Shown here: piece after piece, positions 1-8,256 of the stretch
How positions within the stretch are numbered: the stretch's first letter is position 1
How the letters are laid out: the number at the start of each line of letters is the position of its first letter
Assembly (NCBI RefSeq): GCF_003966335.1
Contig: NZ_CP034549.1
Coordinates: 1,620,001-1,652,000, forward strand
Reading direction: 5' to 3'
From: Nonlabens ponticola
GTDB lineage: Bacteria > Bacteroidota > Bacteroidia > Flavobacteriales > Flavobacteriaceae
Length of the DNA: 32,000 bases
Program-made: the position numbers and the translations under genes
Notes under the pieces: model-generated
Told to the model about the DNA's origin: nothing
Database searches by the model: none
Seen by the model: the letters and a program-made list of their open reading frames with translations, nothing else

Positions 1-51
1 ACAAAGAGGGCATTTTAATGAAAGCACTAAACACTTTAGGGAATAGTAGGT

Positions 52-804
52 TTAAGCATTAAAATATTTTGAATTCCAGATGCTGGTATTAAAATTCTTT
101 CCAGCTGCAAATGCGTAATATAATATCATGCTTGCGATGGATTTAAACGTAAAAAAGAATATAAGTACAAATTGTACACCAGTTGTATCCTTAGAAAACA
201 AACCGTTAGGAACTGCCCAAGCGGCTAACAAGCTTATAAGTATGGTAACGACAATGAGATTTTCTAATGATTTGAACGGCCATGCCCATGCTTTTCTAAA
301 AGCATTGAGGTCATTGCCCCATTTATGGATAAGATAAAAGTAACCATTACCTATAGGTGCAAATAACAATGGATCATCTGCATTCTCTAGCTTGAACATT
401 TTTGAAGGCGCCACGATTTTAAAACCCTTGAGTGTGATGTCGTGATCTTTCTCTAGCTGCTTCACTTTGTTGATAGCTTCTAGTGGTATTTCGTTTTTAA
501 AATACTTGGTATCTAGAAATCGCAATCTATAGTTCACGCAAATCTCACGTATCTGATCTACATGATAGATGCGATCTGTCTCCATGAGATCTAGATCAAA
601 GTTGTTGCGAGGTGTAGGCTTTTGAGGGCTTTTCATCCTTGCGATGATATCATCCTGTTTTCTACCTTCTTCTTGAAGTATGTTGGCTACCTGTTTCAGT
701 AGATCACCTTCAGTCACAGATTTGTTGCGCGCTTTTTGTAGCTTTTCCTCAATATTGGTACGACCTAGCATAGTGGTGGAATTAGGGTAATAATGTCCTT
801 TCAA
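52..804 (-). CDS. hypothetical membrane-associated protein
   Basis: 250-aa ORF with TTG at 804 and the first ATG at 771. A soluble N-terminal part is followed by two hydrophobic helices near the C-terminus (LIVVTILISLLAAWAV, FVLIFFFTFKSIASMILYYAFAA). I recognise no family. Confidence 0.55.
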   Translation of the reverse strand: MKGHYYPNSTTMLGRTNIEEKLQKARNKSVTEGDLLKQVANILQEEGRKQDDIIARMKSPQKPTPRNNFDLDLMETDRIYHVDQIREICVNYRLRFLDTKYFKNEIPLEAINKVKQLEKDHDITLKGFKIVAPSKMFKLENADDPLLFAPIGNGYFYLIHKWGNDLNAFRKAWAWPFKSLENLIVVTILISLLAAWAVPNGLFSKDTTGVQFVLIFFFTFKSIASMILYYAFAAGKNFNTSIWNSKYFNA

Positions 805-883
805 GATACGGATATTTCCTCACCTTAAAATGGTTGTCGTTACTCTCCTAATAACCTATCAGCAGGATCCTAAAAATCTTGAA

Positions 884-3307
884 TTATCGCAATACGGCAC
901 CTGCCTGTTTCTCCAGTTGAGCTTGCAACTTGCCCATTGTCTTGTCGATTTGCTTATCAGTGAGTGTTTTTACTGGATCCTGTAGTGTAAAACTTAGTGC
1001 ATAGGACTTCTTACCATCGGGTAGATTATCACCTTTGTAAACGTCAAATAGACTCACCTCCTTAAGTAGTTTCTTTTCAGTTTGTCTAGCTATAGTTTCT
1101 AGTTCTTTAAAGCTCGTTTGCTCATCAACAAGTAGCGCAAGATCTCGTTGCACTTCTGGAAACTTGGGTATGCCATTAATTGCCTTGCTGCCTGAGTCAA
1201 GCGTTTTCACAACTTCATTCCAATAGATATCTGCATAGAATACAGTTACATCAATACCGAATTTTTTGAGAACACTCTTTCTTACCACACCTAGATCTAC
1301 CAATTTACCGCCACTATTGAGCGCCAAACCTTCACTTAAGAAATCTGATTTGGTTTTTTTCTCAGTAAGATTATTGATTCCCAATCTATTGAGCAATGCA
1401 ACGACAACACCTTTTAGGTAAAAGAAATCTGCAGCAGCATCAGTAGCTTTCCAGCTATTGGCTTGTACCTGACCGGTTGTAAGAATGGTCAAGTGTTTTT
1501 GTTCTGTAAAGCTGCGCTCTTGATATTGATGATAGCTGTTACCTAATTCAAACAACTTCAGGTTATTCTGTTTACGGTTCAAATTATAGGCAATGGCTTC
1601 TAGACCACCGTACAGCAAACTCTGACGCATGACTGATAAGTCCGTACTTAAAGGATTGAGTATGCGCACTTCGTTCTTTGGATCAATTTGATCGGTGAGT
1701 TCGTGATGTTTTTCTGCTGTAAGACTATTTGCCATCATTTCTCTAAAACCTAATCCTACCAGCTGATTAGCAGCTGCATTCTCTAGCTTATAATTATCGA
1801 GTCTAGAGCTAGGTGCGATGGTGGCATTAAGTTTCACAGGAATATCGATGCGATCATAACCATAAACTCGCAGAATTTCCTCAATGACATCGACAGGTCG
1901 CTTTACATCATTGCGGTAAGCAGGTATTTGTAAACCCAGTCCACTTTCAGTAACGTTGCGTACCTCTATGTCTAGTGTTCTTAGAATACTTTTGATTTCT
2001 GCACGATCAATTTCTTGACCTATAAGAGAATTGATTTTCTCAAATGGCAGGAACACCTCAAACGACTCCATTTTTACTGGATAAACATCTGTTATGTCGC
2101 TTGATATCTCGCCACCGCCCAATTCTTTCATAAGCAAGGCAGCGCGTTTCAAGGCATACTCTGTAATATTGGGATCAATGCCGCGCTCAAATCTAAAGGA
2201 CGCATCAGTATTAAAGCTGTGTCTCTTTGCCGTTTTACGTACACTTACTGGATTAAAGTATGCACTTTCTAGAAATACACTAGTTGTAGAATCTGTCACG
2301 CCACTATTCTCGCCGCCGTAAACTCCTGCTATACACAGAGGTTTCTCTTCATCACATATCATTAAGTCTTCCTCATGCAGCTCATGCTGTTCACCATCCA
2401 GTGTGGTAAATGGCGTGCCTGCTTCTAGCGTTTTTACTATAATCTTATTCCCAGCAATCTTAGCAGCGTCAAACGCATGTAACGGTTGTCCCAATTCATG
2501 CATCACATAGTTGGTGATGTCCACTAGATTATTTTTGGGCACAATTCCTATCGCTAGAAGTCTATTCTTAAGCCAATCTGGTGATGGTGCAACAGTTAAT
2601 CCAGTCAAGGTAACACCACAATATCGCGGCGCACGTTCTGTATCCTGCACATCAATATCTACTCGTGCAGATCGTGATTCTACATGAAAACTACTCACGC
2701 TAGGTGTTATAAATTCTGGTGCAGCCTCGTTCACAGCGATACCTGCACGCAAGTCACGAGCAACGCCCATATGTGACATGGCATCAGCACGATTAGGCGT
2801 GAGACCTATCTCAATGACCTTATCTTGTTCCACCTCAAAGACTTGGGACATAGGCGTGCCTACTTCAAGAGTGTCATCTAGAATCATGATGCCGTCATGT
2901 GAGGCACCTAGTCCCAGCTCATCCTCAGCGCAGATCATACCGTGACTTTCCTCACCTCTTATCTTGCCTTTTTTGATTTTCCACGGCTCACCATCCTTGT
3001 CATAAAGTGTTGTGCCTATTGTGGCTACGGGAACTTTTTGGCCAGCGCCCACATTGGGTGCGCCACAAACTATTTGTACGACCTCGTTGCCTAGATCGAC
3101 TTTGGTTAATTTCAATTTGTCCGCATTGGGATGTTTTACACATTCCAGGACGTGTCCCACCACGATTCCCTGCAATCCACCTTTTACACTTTCAAAATCT
3201 GTAATTCCTTCTACTTCAAGTCCCAAGGCCGTTAATAACGACTCGTGTTTTTCTATATCGTCGGGAATATTTATAAACTGTTTGAGCCAGTTGTAGGAAA
3301 TTTTCAT
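884..3307 (-). CDS. pheT: phenylalanine--tRNA ligase beta subunit
   Basis: 807-aa ORF. It has an N-terminal tRNA-binding domain (HPNADKLKLTKVDLG...VCGAPN) followed by B3/4- and B5-like regions. The length and C-terminal domain are typical of bacterial PheT. Confidence 0.95.
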   Translation of the reverse strand: MKISYNWLKQFINIPDDIEKHESLLTALGLEVEGITDFESVKGGLQGIVVGHVLECVKHPNADKLKLTKVDLGNEVVQIVCGAPNVGAGQKVPVATIGTTLYDKDGEPWKIKKGKIRGEESHGMICAEDELGLGASHDGIMILDDTLEVGTPMSQVFEVEQDKVIEIGLTPNRADAMSHMGVARDLRAGIAVNEAAPEFITPSVSSFHVESRSARVDIDVQDTERAPRYCGVTLTGLTVAPSPDWLKNRLLAIGIVPKNNLVDITNYVMHELGQPLHAFDAAKIAGNKIIVKTLEAGTPFTTLDGEQHELHEEDLMICDEEKPLCIAGVYGGENSGVTDSTTSVFLESAYFNPVSVRKTAKRHSFNTDASFRFERGIDPNITEYALKRAALLMKELGGGEISSDITDVYPVKMESFEVFLPFEKINSLIGQEIDRAEIKSILRTLDIEVRNVTESGLGLQIPAYRNDVKRPVDVIEEILRVYGYDRIDIPVKLNATIAPSSRLDNYKLENAAANQLVGLGFREMMANSLTAEKHHELTDQIDPKNEVRILNPLSTDLSVMRQSLLYGGLEAIAYNLNRKQNNLKLFELGNSYHQYQERSFTEQKHLTILTTGQVQANSWKATDAAADFFYLKGVVVALLNRLGINNLTEKKTKSDFLSEGLALNSGGKLVDLGVVRKSVLKKFGIDVTVFYADIYWNEVVKTLDSGSKAINGIPKFPEVQRDLALLVDEQTSFKELETIARQTEKKLLKEVSLFDVYKGDNLPDGKKSYALSFTLQDPVKTLTDKQIDKTMGKLQAQLEKQAGAVLR

Positions 3308-3342
3308 GAAGGTAATTTAATGGTGTAAAGATAGTGGTAATC

Positions 3343-3360
3343 ACGCTTTCGCGAAAGCGT
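3343..3360. repeat. perfect 18-bp palindrome ACGCTTTCGCGAAAGCGT (window-wide repeat family), intergenic
   Basis: Read directly from the sequence. It lies between the pheT start and the acyltransferase stop. The same 14-bp core recurs at 9781, 10402, 14834, 16383, 18944 and 28574. Confidence 0.9.
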
Positions 3361-3400
3361 AACCATCCATAAACAGCGCTGCACAAATACTAGATAGAGA

Positions 3401-4204
3401 CTAATATTCCCATTGACGTTTCTTGTTGAGTTCTTCCATCTCGTTCAATTCTTCTAAAGGAATGACCTTTAAGAAAGATTGATGTTGCTCAATGGCGTAC
3501 TCGATTTGCTCAACGATCTTCTCAACGCTGTCGTTCTCATAATCAATGTCCAGTGGTTTTTTGATCACCATGGATTGCAGAATGTTGCGCTTTTTAATAC
3601 GCAGGCCTTTCTTGTCAAAACTGCGTCTAAAGCCATCAATGACGACTGGCACAACAATAGGTTTGTACTGCTTGATGATGTGGGCAGTTCCCTTACGTAT
3701 AGGCTTGAAAGGCTTGGTGGTTCCTTGAGGAAAGGTAATGACCCAACCGTCTTCTAATGCAATACCTATGTTTTTGGTATCATCTGGATTGACGTTGCGG
3801 TTGACTTCTTCACCTTTGGCGCGCCATGTGCGTTCTACGGTCACCGCACCAGCATAGGCCAGGATCTTGGGTAGGATACCGCTTTGCATGGTTTCCTTGG
3901 CAGCTACATAGTATATATTGAGTTTGGGATTCCATAAGTATCCTATGTTCTTGATGCTGTCCTCGCGACCAGACAGTGATGCATTAAATACATGAAACAT
4001 ACTCACGACATCTGCAAAATAGGTCTGGTGGTTAGAAACAAACAGAACGCCTGTATCGGGTAGATCTTTAATGATCTCACTACCATCAATGTGCAGCTCA
4101 TTAAAACCACGATAGCGCCTGTGAGAAAGTGCTCCCAAAATCCTGATGAGCCAGCGTTTTACAAATAATATATGACCAAAAGGATTTGTCTTGAACAACC
4201 CCAT
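3401..4204 (-). CDS. lysophospholipid / 1-acyl-sn-glycerol-3-phosphate acyltransferase family protein
   Basis: 267 aa. It carries the acyltransferase blocks VSNHQTYFAD (His/Asp block, with slightly atypical spacing) and ITFPQGTT (FPEGT-like block). Confidence 0.75.
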   Translation of the reverse strand: MGLFKTNPFGHILFVKRWLIRILGALSHRRYRGFNELHIDGSEIIKDLPDTGVLFVSNHQTYFADVVSMFHVFNASLSGREDSIKNIGYLWNPKLNIYYVAAKETMQSGILPKILAYAGAVTVERTWRAKGEEVNRNVNPDDTKNIGIALEDGWVITFPQGTTKPFKPIRKGTAHIIKQYKPIVVPVVIDGFRRSFDKKGLRIKKRNILQSMVIKKPLDIDYENDSVEKIVEQIEYAIEQHQSFLKVIPLEELNEMEELNKKRQWEY

Positions 4205-4288
4205 AAAATTTCAAAATTTTACCGAAGGCTAATATAGTGCATGTGGGTAGAACATGCGTTAAAGCTTATCTGGCTTTATTGAAATATC

Positions 4289-4933
4289 CTACAATCCTGC
4301 TTGCTTAAACATGGCTTTGAATTCGCTAAGCATCATCGCTGTCGCACCCCAAACAATTTGCTCCTGTAAAAGAAAACAAGGCACTTCTACCTTGCTTAAA
4401 TAACTGGTAGATAATATTTGGCTACTCACATTTGCTTCATCCATTAGTTGTTGAAGAGGCACTTCAATAACTGATTTTACCTCAGTTGCTTGAAGTTTGA
4501 AAATAGGTGAGTGATCAAGATATCCTAAATAAGGTCTAACCATAAAGTTACTAGGAGGAATGTACAGCGGTGTGCCAGCGGTAATCACTTTTTGTAGGGA
4601 TATGGGAATCCCTATTTCCTCTTCAGTTTCTCGCAGCGCTGTGTATTCAAAATCCTTATCACCTTTTTCTGCTCGACCGCCAGGAAAAGCGATTTGACCA
4701 CTGTGTTTACCAGTGGAAATCATTCGCTCAATCAAGACGAAATAGGATTCATCATTTTTAGGATATAAAAGCATCATGGTGGCTGCTTGCTTTGCATCTT
4801 TGCTTTTTTTAGCTACTAATTTCAATTCGTCAAGACGTTCCATGGCTGCCATGGATAATTGTGCTTCTTGACCAGGCAACGGCATATTGCTTAATTTTGA
4901 AACTTGAGATAAAAAATCATTGAATGAACTCAC
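4289..4933 (-). CDS. Nudix hydrolase, CoA pyrophosphatase-like
   Basis: Nudix box GGRAEKGDKDFEYTALRETEEEIG. The N-terminus (FNDFLSQ) resembles the NudL family. GTG start at 4933. Confidence 0.8.
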   Translation of the reverse strand: MSSFNDFLSQVSKLSNMPLPGQEAQLSMAAMERLDELKLVAKKSKDAKQAATMMLLYPKNDESYFVLIERMISTGKHSGQIAFPGGRAEKGDKDFEYTALRETEEEIGIPISLQKVITAGTPLYIPPSNFMVRPYLGYLDHSPIFKLQATEVKSVIEVPLQQLMDEANVSSQILSTSYLSKVEVPCFLLQEQIVWGATAMMLSEFKAMFKQAGL

Positions 4934-5637
4934 GACTGCTGATAGGTTTAATCATCGTTTTACTAGCGATGTCATGTAAAGATAATGAGGAAAGGCCAAT
5001 GCCTGTGGTAGAGGAAAAAGTTGAAGTTGAAAAAAAAATTGATCTAGACGAGTTCTACCAACCCATGATCACCGAAGATGGCGATACCTTACTCAGCTAT
5101 ATACCACAAGATAGCGTTGAGCTGTTTTTTACTAGATACGGTAAGAAGAATCCAGAGAAGCGTGTCGAAATAGAAACCAAATATGGCAAGATTCAATTAG
5201 AGCTTTTTGAACAAACGCCGCTGTATCGAGCTAGCTTTATCTATCTGGTAAAAAATGGATACTATGATGAGACAGTTGTGCATCGTGTCGTACCTGACTT
5301 TATCGTACAAGCAGGCGATAGCGATAGACGAATCACCGCAACCAAGCGCAGCAGTGCAGGAAATTACATGTTACCACCAGCGATTCTAGATAATGTTCAA
5401 CATACTTATGGAACGGTAAGCGCTGCAAAGCGCTGGGAAGACAATCCAGAAAACTGGCATAACCCTTTTGATTTTTTCATAACGTTGGGTAGCGCGAGCC
5501 ATCTTGATGGCGAGCATACTATTTTTGGTAAAGTCACGAGCGGTATGGATGTGGCAGAAAAAATATCTAGGCTCAATCGCGATGAAGGCGACTGGCCTAT
5601 TGAGACGGTTTATATTGATATGAAAGTAATCGACTAG
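4924..5637 (+). CDS. peptidyl-prolyl cis-trans isomerase, cyclophilin type, lipoprotein
   Basis: Cyclophilin core (HRVVPDFIVQAGD ... GEHTIFGKV). N-terminal signal with lipobox LLAMSC. Confidence 0.85.
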   Translation: MNSRLLIGLIIVLLAMSCKDNEERPMPVVEEKVEVEKKIDLDEFYQPMITEDGDTLLSYIPQDSVELFFTRYGKKNPEKRVEIETKYGKIQLELFEQTPLYRASFIYLVKNGYYDETVVHRVVPDFIVQAGDSDRRITATKRSSAGNYMLPPAILDNVQHTYGTVSAAKRWEDNPENWHNPFDFFITLGSASHLDGEHTIFGKVTSGMDVAEKISRLNRDEGDWPIETVYIDMKVID

Positions 5638-6386
5638 AGATCGATCTCAACAACTTCTGCACGAGAGCCAAACCTGATAGGCACTCTACTGGTACCAATG
5701 CCTCGAGAAACATACATCGGTACTTTGTCCTCGTACCAGCCTTTTAAATAATCACCGCTACCACGAGGTGTGATAGGCGCGTAGCCCAGGAATGTCACTT
5801 GACCACCATGAGTGTGTCCAGAGAGAATGAGATCTATGCGATCAGCAAATTGAGAATCCTTTATGACATCGCTGTATTGCGGGCAATGATTGAGAACTAT
5901 TGTTTTATCTGTTTCGGATAATTTTTTCATAGCTGTCATAATATCTGGGCGACCACCTAAAAAATCATCGGTGCCTGCTATGGCGATGCTTTGATTATTC
6001 ACATTAATGGTAGCATTTTCATTGACGAGCAATTGGCAATTATGAGATGTATAAACTTCGTTCAATTGCTTCAAATCAACATTACCCCAATATTCCCAGT
6101 TTCCCAGAATAGCGAACTTGGGTATGTCCTGATCAATAAGTTTCAAAAAGCTATCGAGATACTGAATTTCTGTAGTTAGATTGATACTATCACCTGTAAA
6201 AACTATCAGGTCTGGCTTGATTTCATTAATCTTACGAGCAATGGACTTGTGAAAGGATCGCAGTCCGGTTATGTGTAAATCGCTTATTTGGATGAGTTTG
6301 ATCTTAGATTCGGCTTCGTTTTTAGAACGATCAAAGTAGCTCCAGTCGATGACATACTTCTCAAACCAAAACATGTCTAGCAGCAA
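5634..6386 (-). CDS. metallophosphoesterase (YkuE-like); N-terminus probably longer than the called ORF
   Basis: Calcineurin-like motifs ISDLH, GDSIN, GNWEY and GHTHGG. The called start is TTG at 6386. The frame stays open upstream to 6482 and encodes a twin-arginine-like signal (see finding). Confidence 0.85.
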   Translation of the reverse strand: MLLDMFWFEKYVIDWSYFDRSKNEAESKIKLIQISDLHITGLRSFHKSIARKINEIKPDLIVFTGDSINLTTEIQYLDSFLKLIDQDIPKFAILGNWEYWGNVDLKQLNEVYTSHNCQLLVNENATINVNNQSIAIAGTDDFLGGRPDIMTAMKKLSETDKTIVLNHCPQYSDVIKDSQFADRIDLILSGHTHGGQVTFLGYAPITPRGSGDYLKGWYEDKVPMYVSRGIGTSRVPIRFGSRAEVVEIDL

Positions 6387-6457
6387 TAAAGCTGCCGTAC
6401 CAGATAGGATAAGAGTTATGAATTTACGTCTAGAAAGTTTTGACTTGATAATTTTAG

Positions 6458-7075
6458 CTATTGTTTGATCAAGCGCCTTCTCTTACCAATATCTAAATCC
6501 TTAATTATTAACATATCATCCTTGATACGTAGAATTTTCCAATTGGTCACATATTCTTCTCGCTCATCTATTTTGACCTCGACATCGTAATTCTTGCCAG
6601 CTGATACCTCAAACTCAGCAAGAGTATTTTGGTATATATTTTCAAGATAAAGAGTTCTTGATCTCGGCATTAATTTAAGTTCCGAAGGATTGTCGATTCG
6701 TTCACGCGATATTTCGCCTTTTAAAAAATATGTATTAAAAGACATAGAATCCCTATGGTTTATAATGCGAACATTAAAGTACTGCCAACCTTCTATTCGT
6801 TTGCTGTCTGTAATCTTTATATCAAAAACTTTAGGATTTTTAGACATCTCACGAACTGTACTCAACTTTATGTTTTGTTCATCTAAAGAATAAGTTCCGT
6901 TTTCAACAATTCCTAATCCGCAGTATTTGCCAAAAAACAGTGTTTGAAAACTACCGTCGGAATTAAAAGTCACCTCAAAATTAGAATTCTTGTCCTTATA
7001 AGTTCCTACCAAATCCTGACTAAAAACTTGAGATGAAGCCAATAGAAGAAAGACAAGAAAAAATCGGAAAATCAT
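6458..7075 (-). CDS. hypothetical secreted protein
   Basis: 205 aa with a clear signal peptide (MIFRFFLVFLLLASSQVFSQ). No recognisable family. Confidence 0.6.
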   Translation of the reverse strand: MIFRFFLVFLLLASSQVFSQDLVGTYKDKNSNFEVTFNSDGSFQTLFFGKYCGLGIVENGTYSLDEQNIKLSTVREMSKNPKVFDIKITDSKRIEGWQYFNVRIINHRDSMSFNTYFLKGEISRERIDNPSELKLMPRSRTLYLENIYQNTLAEFEVSAGKNYDVEVKIDEREEYVTNWKILRIKDDMLIIKDLDIGKRRRLIKQ

Positions 7076-7080
7076 AGATA

Positions 7081-8139
7081 TTAATACCTATAAACAATCG
7101 CATTGATATTCATGCCAGCGCCTACACTCGCAAACATGACTACATCACCTTTATTAACCTGGTGATCGTCCATCTTTCCTTTTACCACTAGATCCATAAC
7201 GGTTGGTACTGTTGCAACGCTGCTGTTTCCTAGCTTATGAATGATCATGGGCATGATATGTTGAGGTACTTCCATATCATACAGCTTATAGAAACGCTGT
7301 ACTATGGCCTCATCCATTTTTTCATTGGCCTGGTGGATAAAGATTTTTTTCAAATCCTTAATGTCAACACCAGAAGAATCTAACGCAGCCTTCATTCCTT
7401 CAGGAACCTTGGATAGTGCAAAATTATAGATACGACGCCCGTACATCTTGATGTACTTTGTCTTGTTCTCCAGTTTGGTGTTGTAGGATTCCTTATTAAA
7501 TATGAAATAAGTTTCTTCTTCAGTATAAGTAGCTGTGGCCTGTCCTATAATGCCGTGATCATCATCACTGGATTCTACAATGGCAGCACCAGCACCATCA
7601 CTATAAATCATGCTATCGCGATCATGCGGATCAACAACTCTTGAAAGAGCTTCTGCGCCTATGACTAGAACTTTTTTTGCAAGACCAGATTTGATAAAGC
7701 TATCGGCTTGAGTCAATCCCAACACCCAACCAGGACAACCAAATAACACATCGTACGCTACACAAGCTGGATTTTTAATACCCAACTTATTTTTGACACG
7801 ACTGGCGAGGCTAGGTACCATATCGCTAGAACCACCATCTGGTTTTACATCACCATAATTATGCGCTACGATAATAAAGTCGATGGTTTCTGCGTCGATT
7901 GCTGCGTCAGCGATAGCGTTACGACCTGCAATAGCTGCAATATCACTTGTAAATAGATCGTCACTGATGTAACGACGTTCTTCAATACCTGTGATAGCGA
8001 CAAACTTTTTGATGATCGTCGCGTTGTCACTACCAAAAGAGCTCCCATCATTATTGAGAAATTCATGATTCATGAACTCTTCATTCTTTCTAACGACATC
8101 AGGAATGTGACTTCCTATTCCAGTGATTTTAGCTCTCAT
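7081..8139 (-). CDS. 3-oxoacyl-ACP synthase III family (FabH-like)
   Basis: 352 aa. It has a thiolase-fold catalytic triad context: FGCPGW (Cys), IHQANEKM (His), LGNSSVATVP (Asn). Confidence 0.85.
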   Translation of the reverse strand: MRAKITGIGSHIPDVVRKNEEFMNHEFLNNDGSSFGSDNATIIKKFVAITGIEERRYISDDLFTSDIAAIAGRNAIADAAIDAETIDFIIVAHNYGDVKPDGGSSDMVPSLASRVKNKLGIKNPACVAYDVLFGCPGWVLGLTQADSFIKSGLAKKVLVIGAEALSRVVDPHDRDSMIYSDGAGAAIVESSDDDHGIIGQATATYTEEETYFIFNKESYNTKLENKTKYIKMYGRRIYNFALSKVPEGMKAALDSSGVDIKDLKKIFIHQANEKMDEAIVQRFYKLYDMEVPQHIMPMIIHKLGNSSVATVPTVMDLVVKGKMDDHQVNKGDVVMFASVGAGMNINAIVYRY

Positions 8140-8256
8140 AAATAAAGTATAATTAACAAAAGAAGAAATAATTACTCAAAGTTCCTATTTCTACTCCTGT
8201 TTTCTATGCGTGCATAGTATTCTAGCTGATATTTAATAATCAACATTCCGCAATCG

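Noticed and set aside
2094-3296. Plus-strand ORFs (75, 65 and 94 aa) inside pheT
   Set aside because: They are fully antisense to a high-confidence conserved gene. Their composition is low-complexity (Ser/Pro/Leu-rich), typical of shadow frames.
5030-5038. A9 homopolymer in the linker of the cyclophilin lipoprotein as a phase-variation tract
   Set aside because: It encodes E-K-K-I in a Lys/Glu-rich linker. A 9-nt run is marginal for slippage, and there is no evidence of alternative frames.
8204-8217. Palindrome CTATGCGTGCATAG downstream of gcvP as its terminator
   Set aside because: The stem is very short with a 2-4 nt loop. On the gene's strand it is followed by an A-run, not a U-tract.
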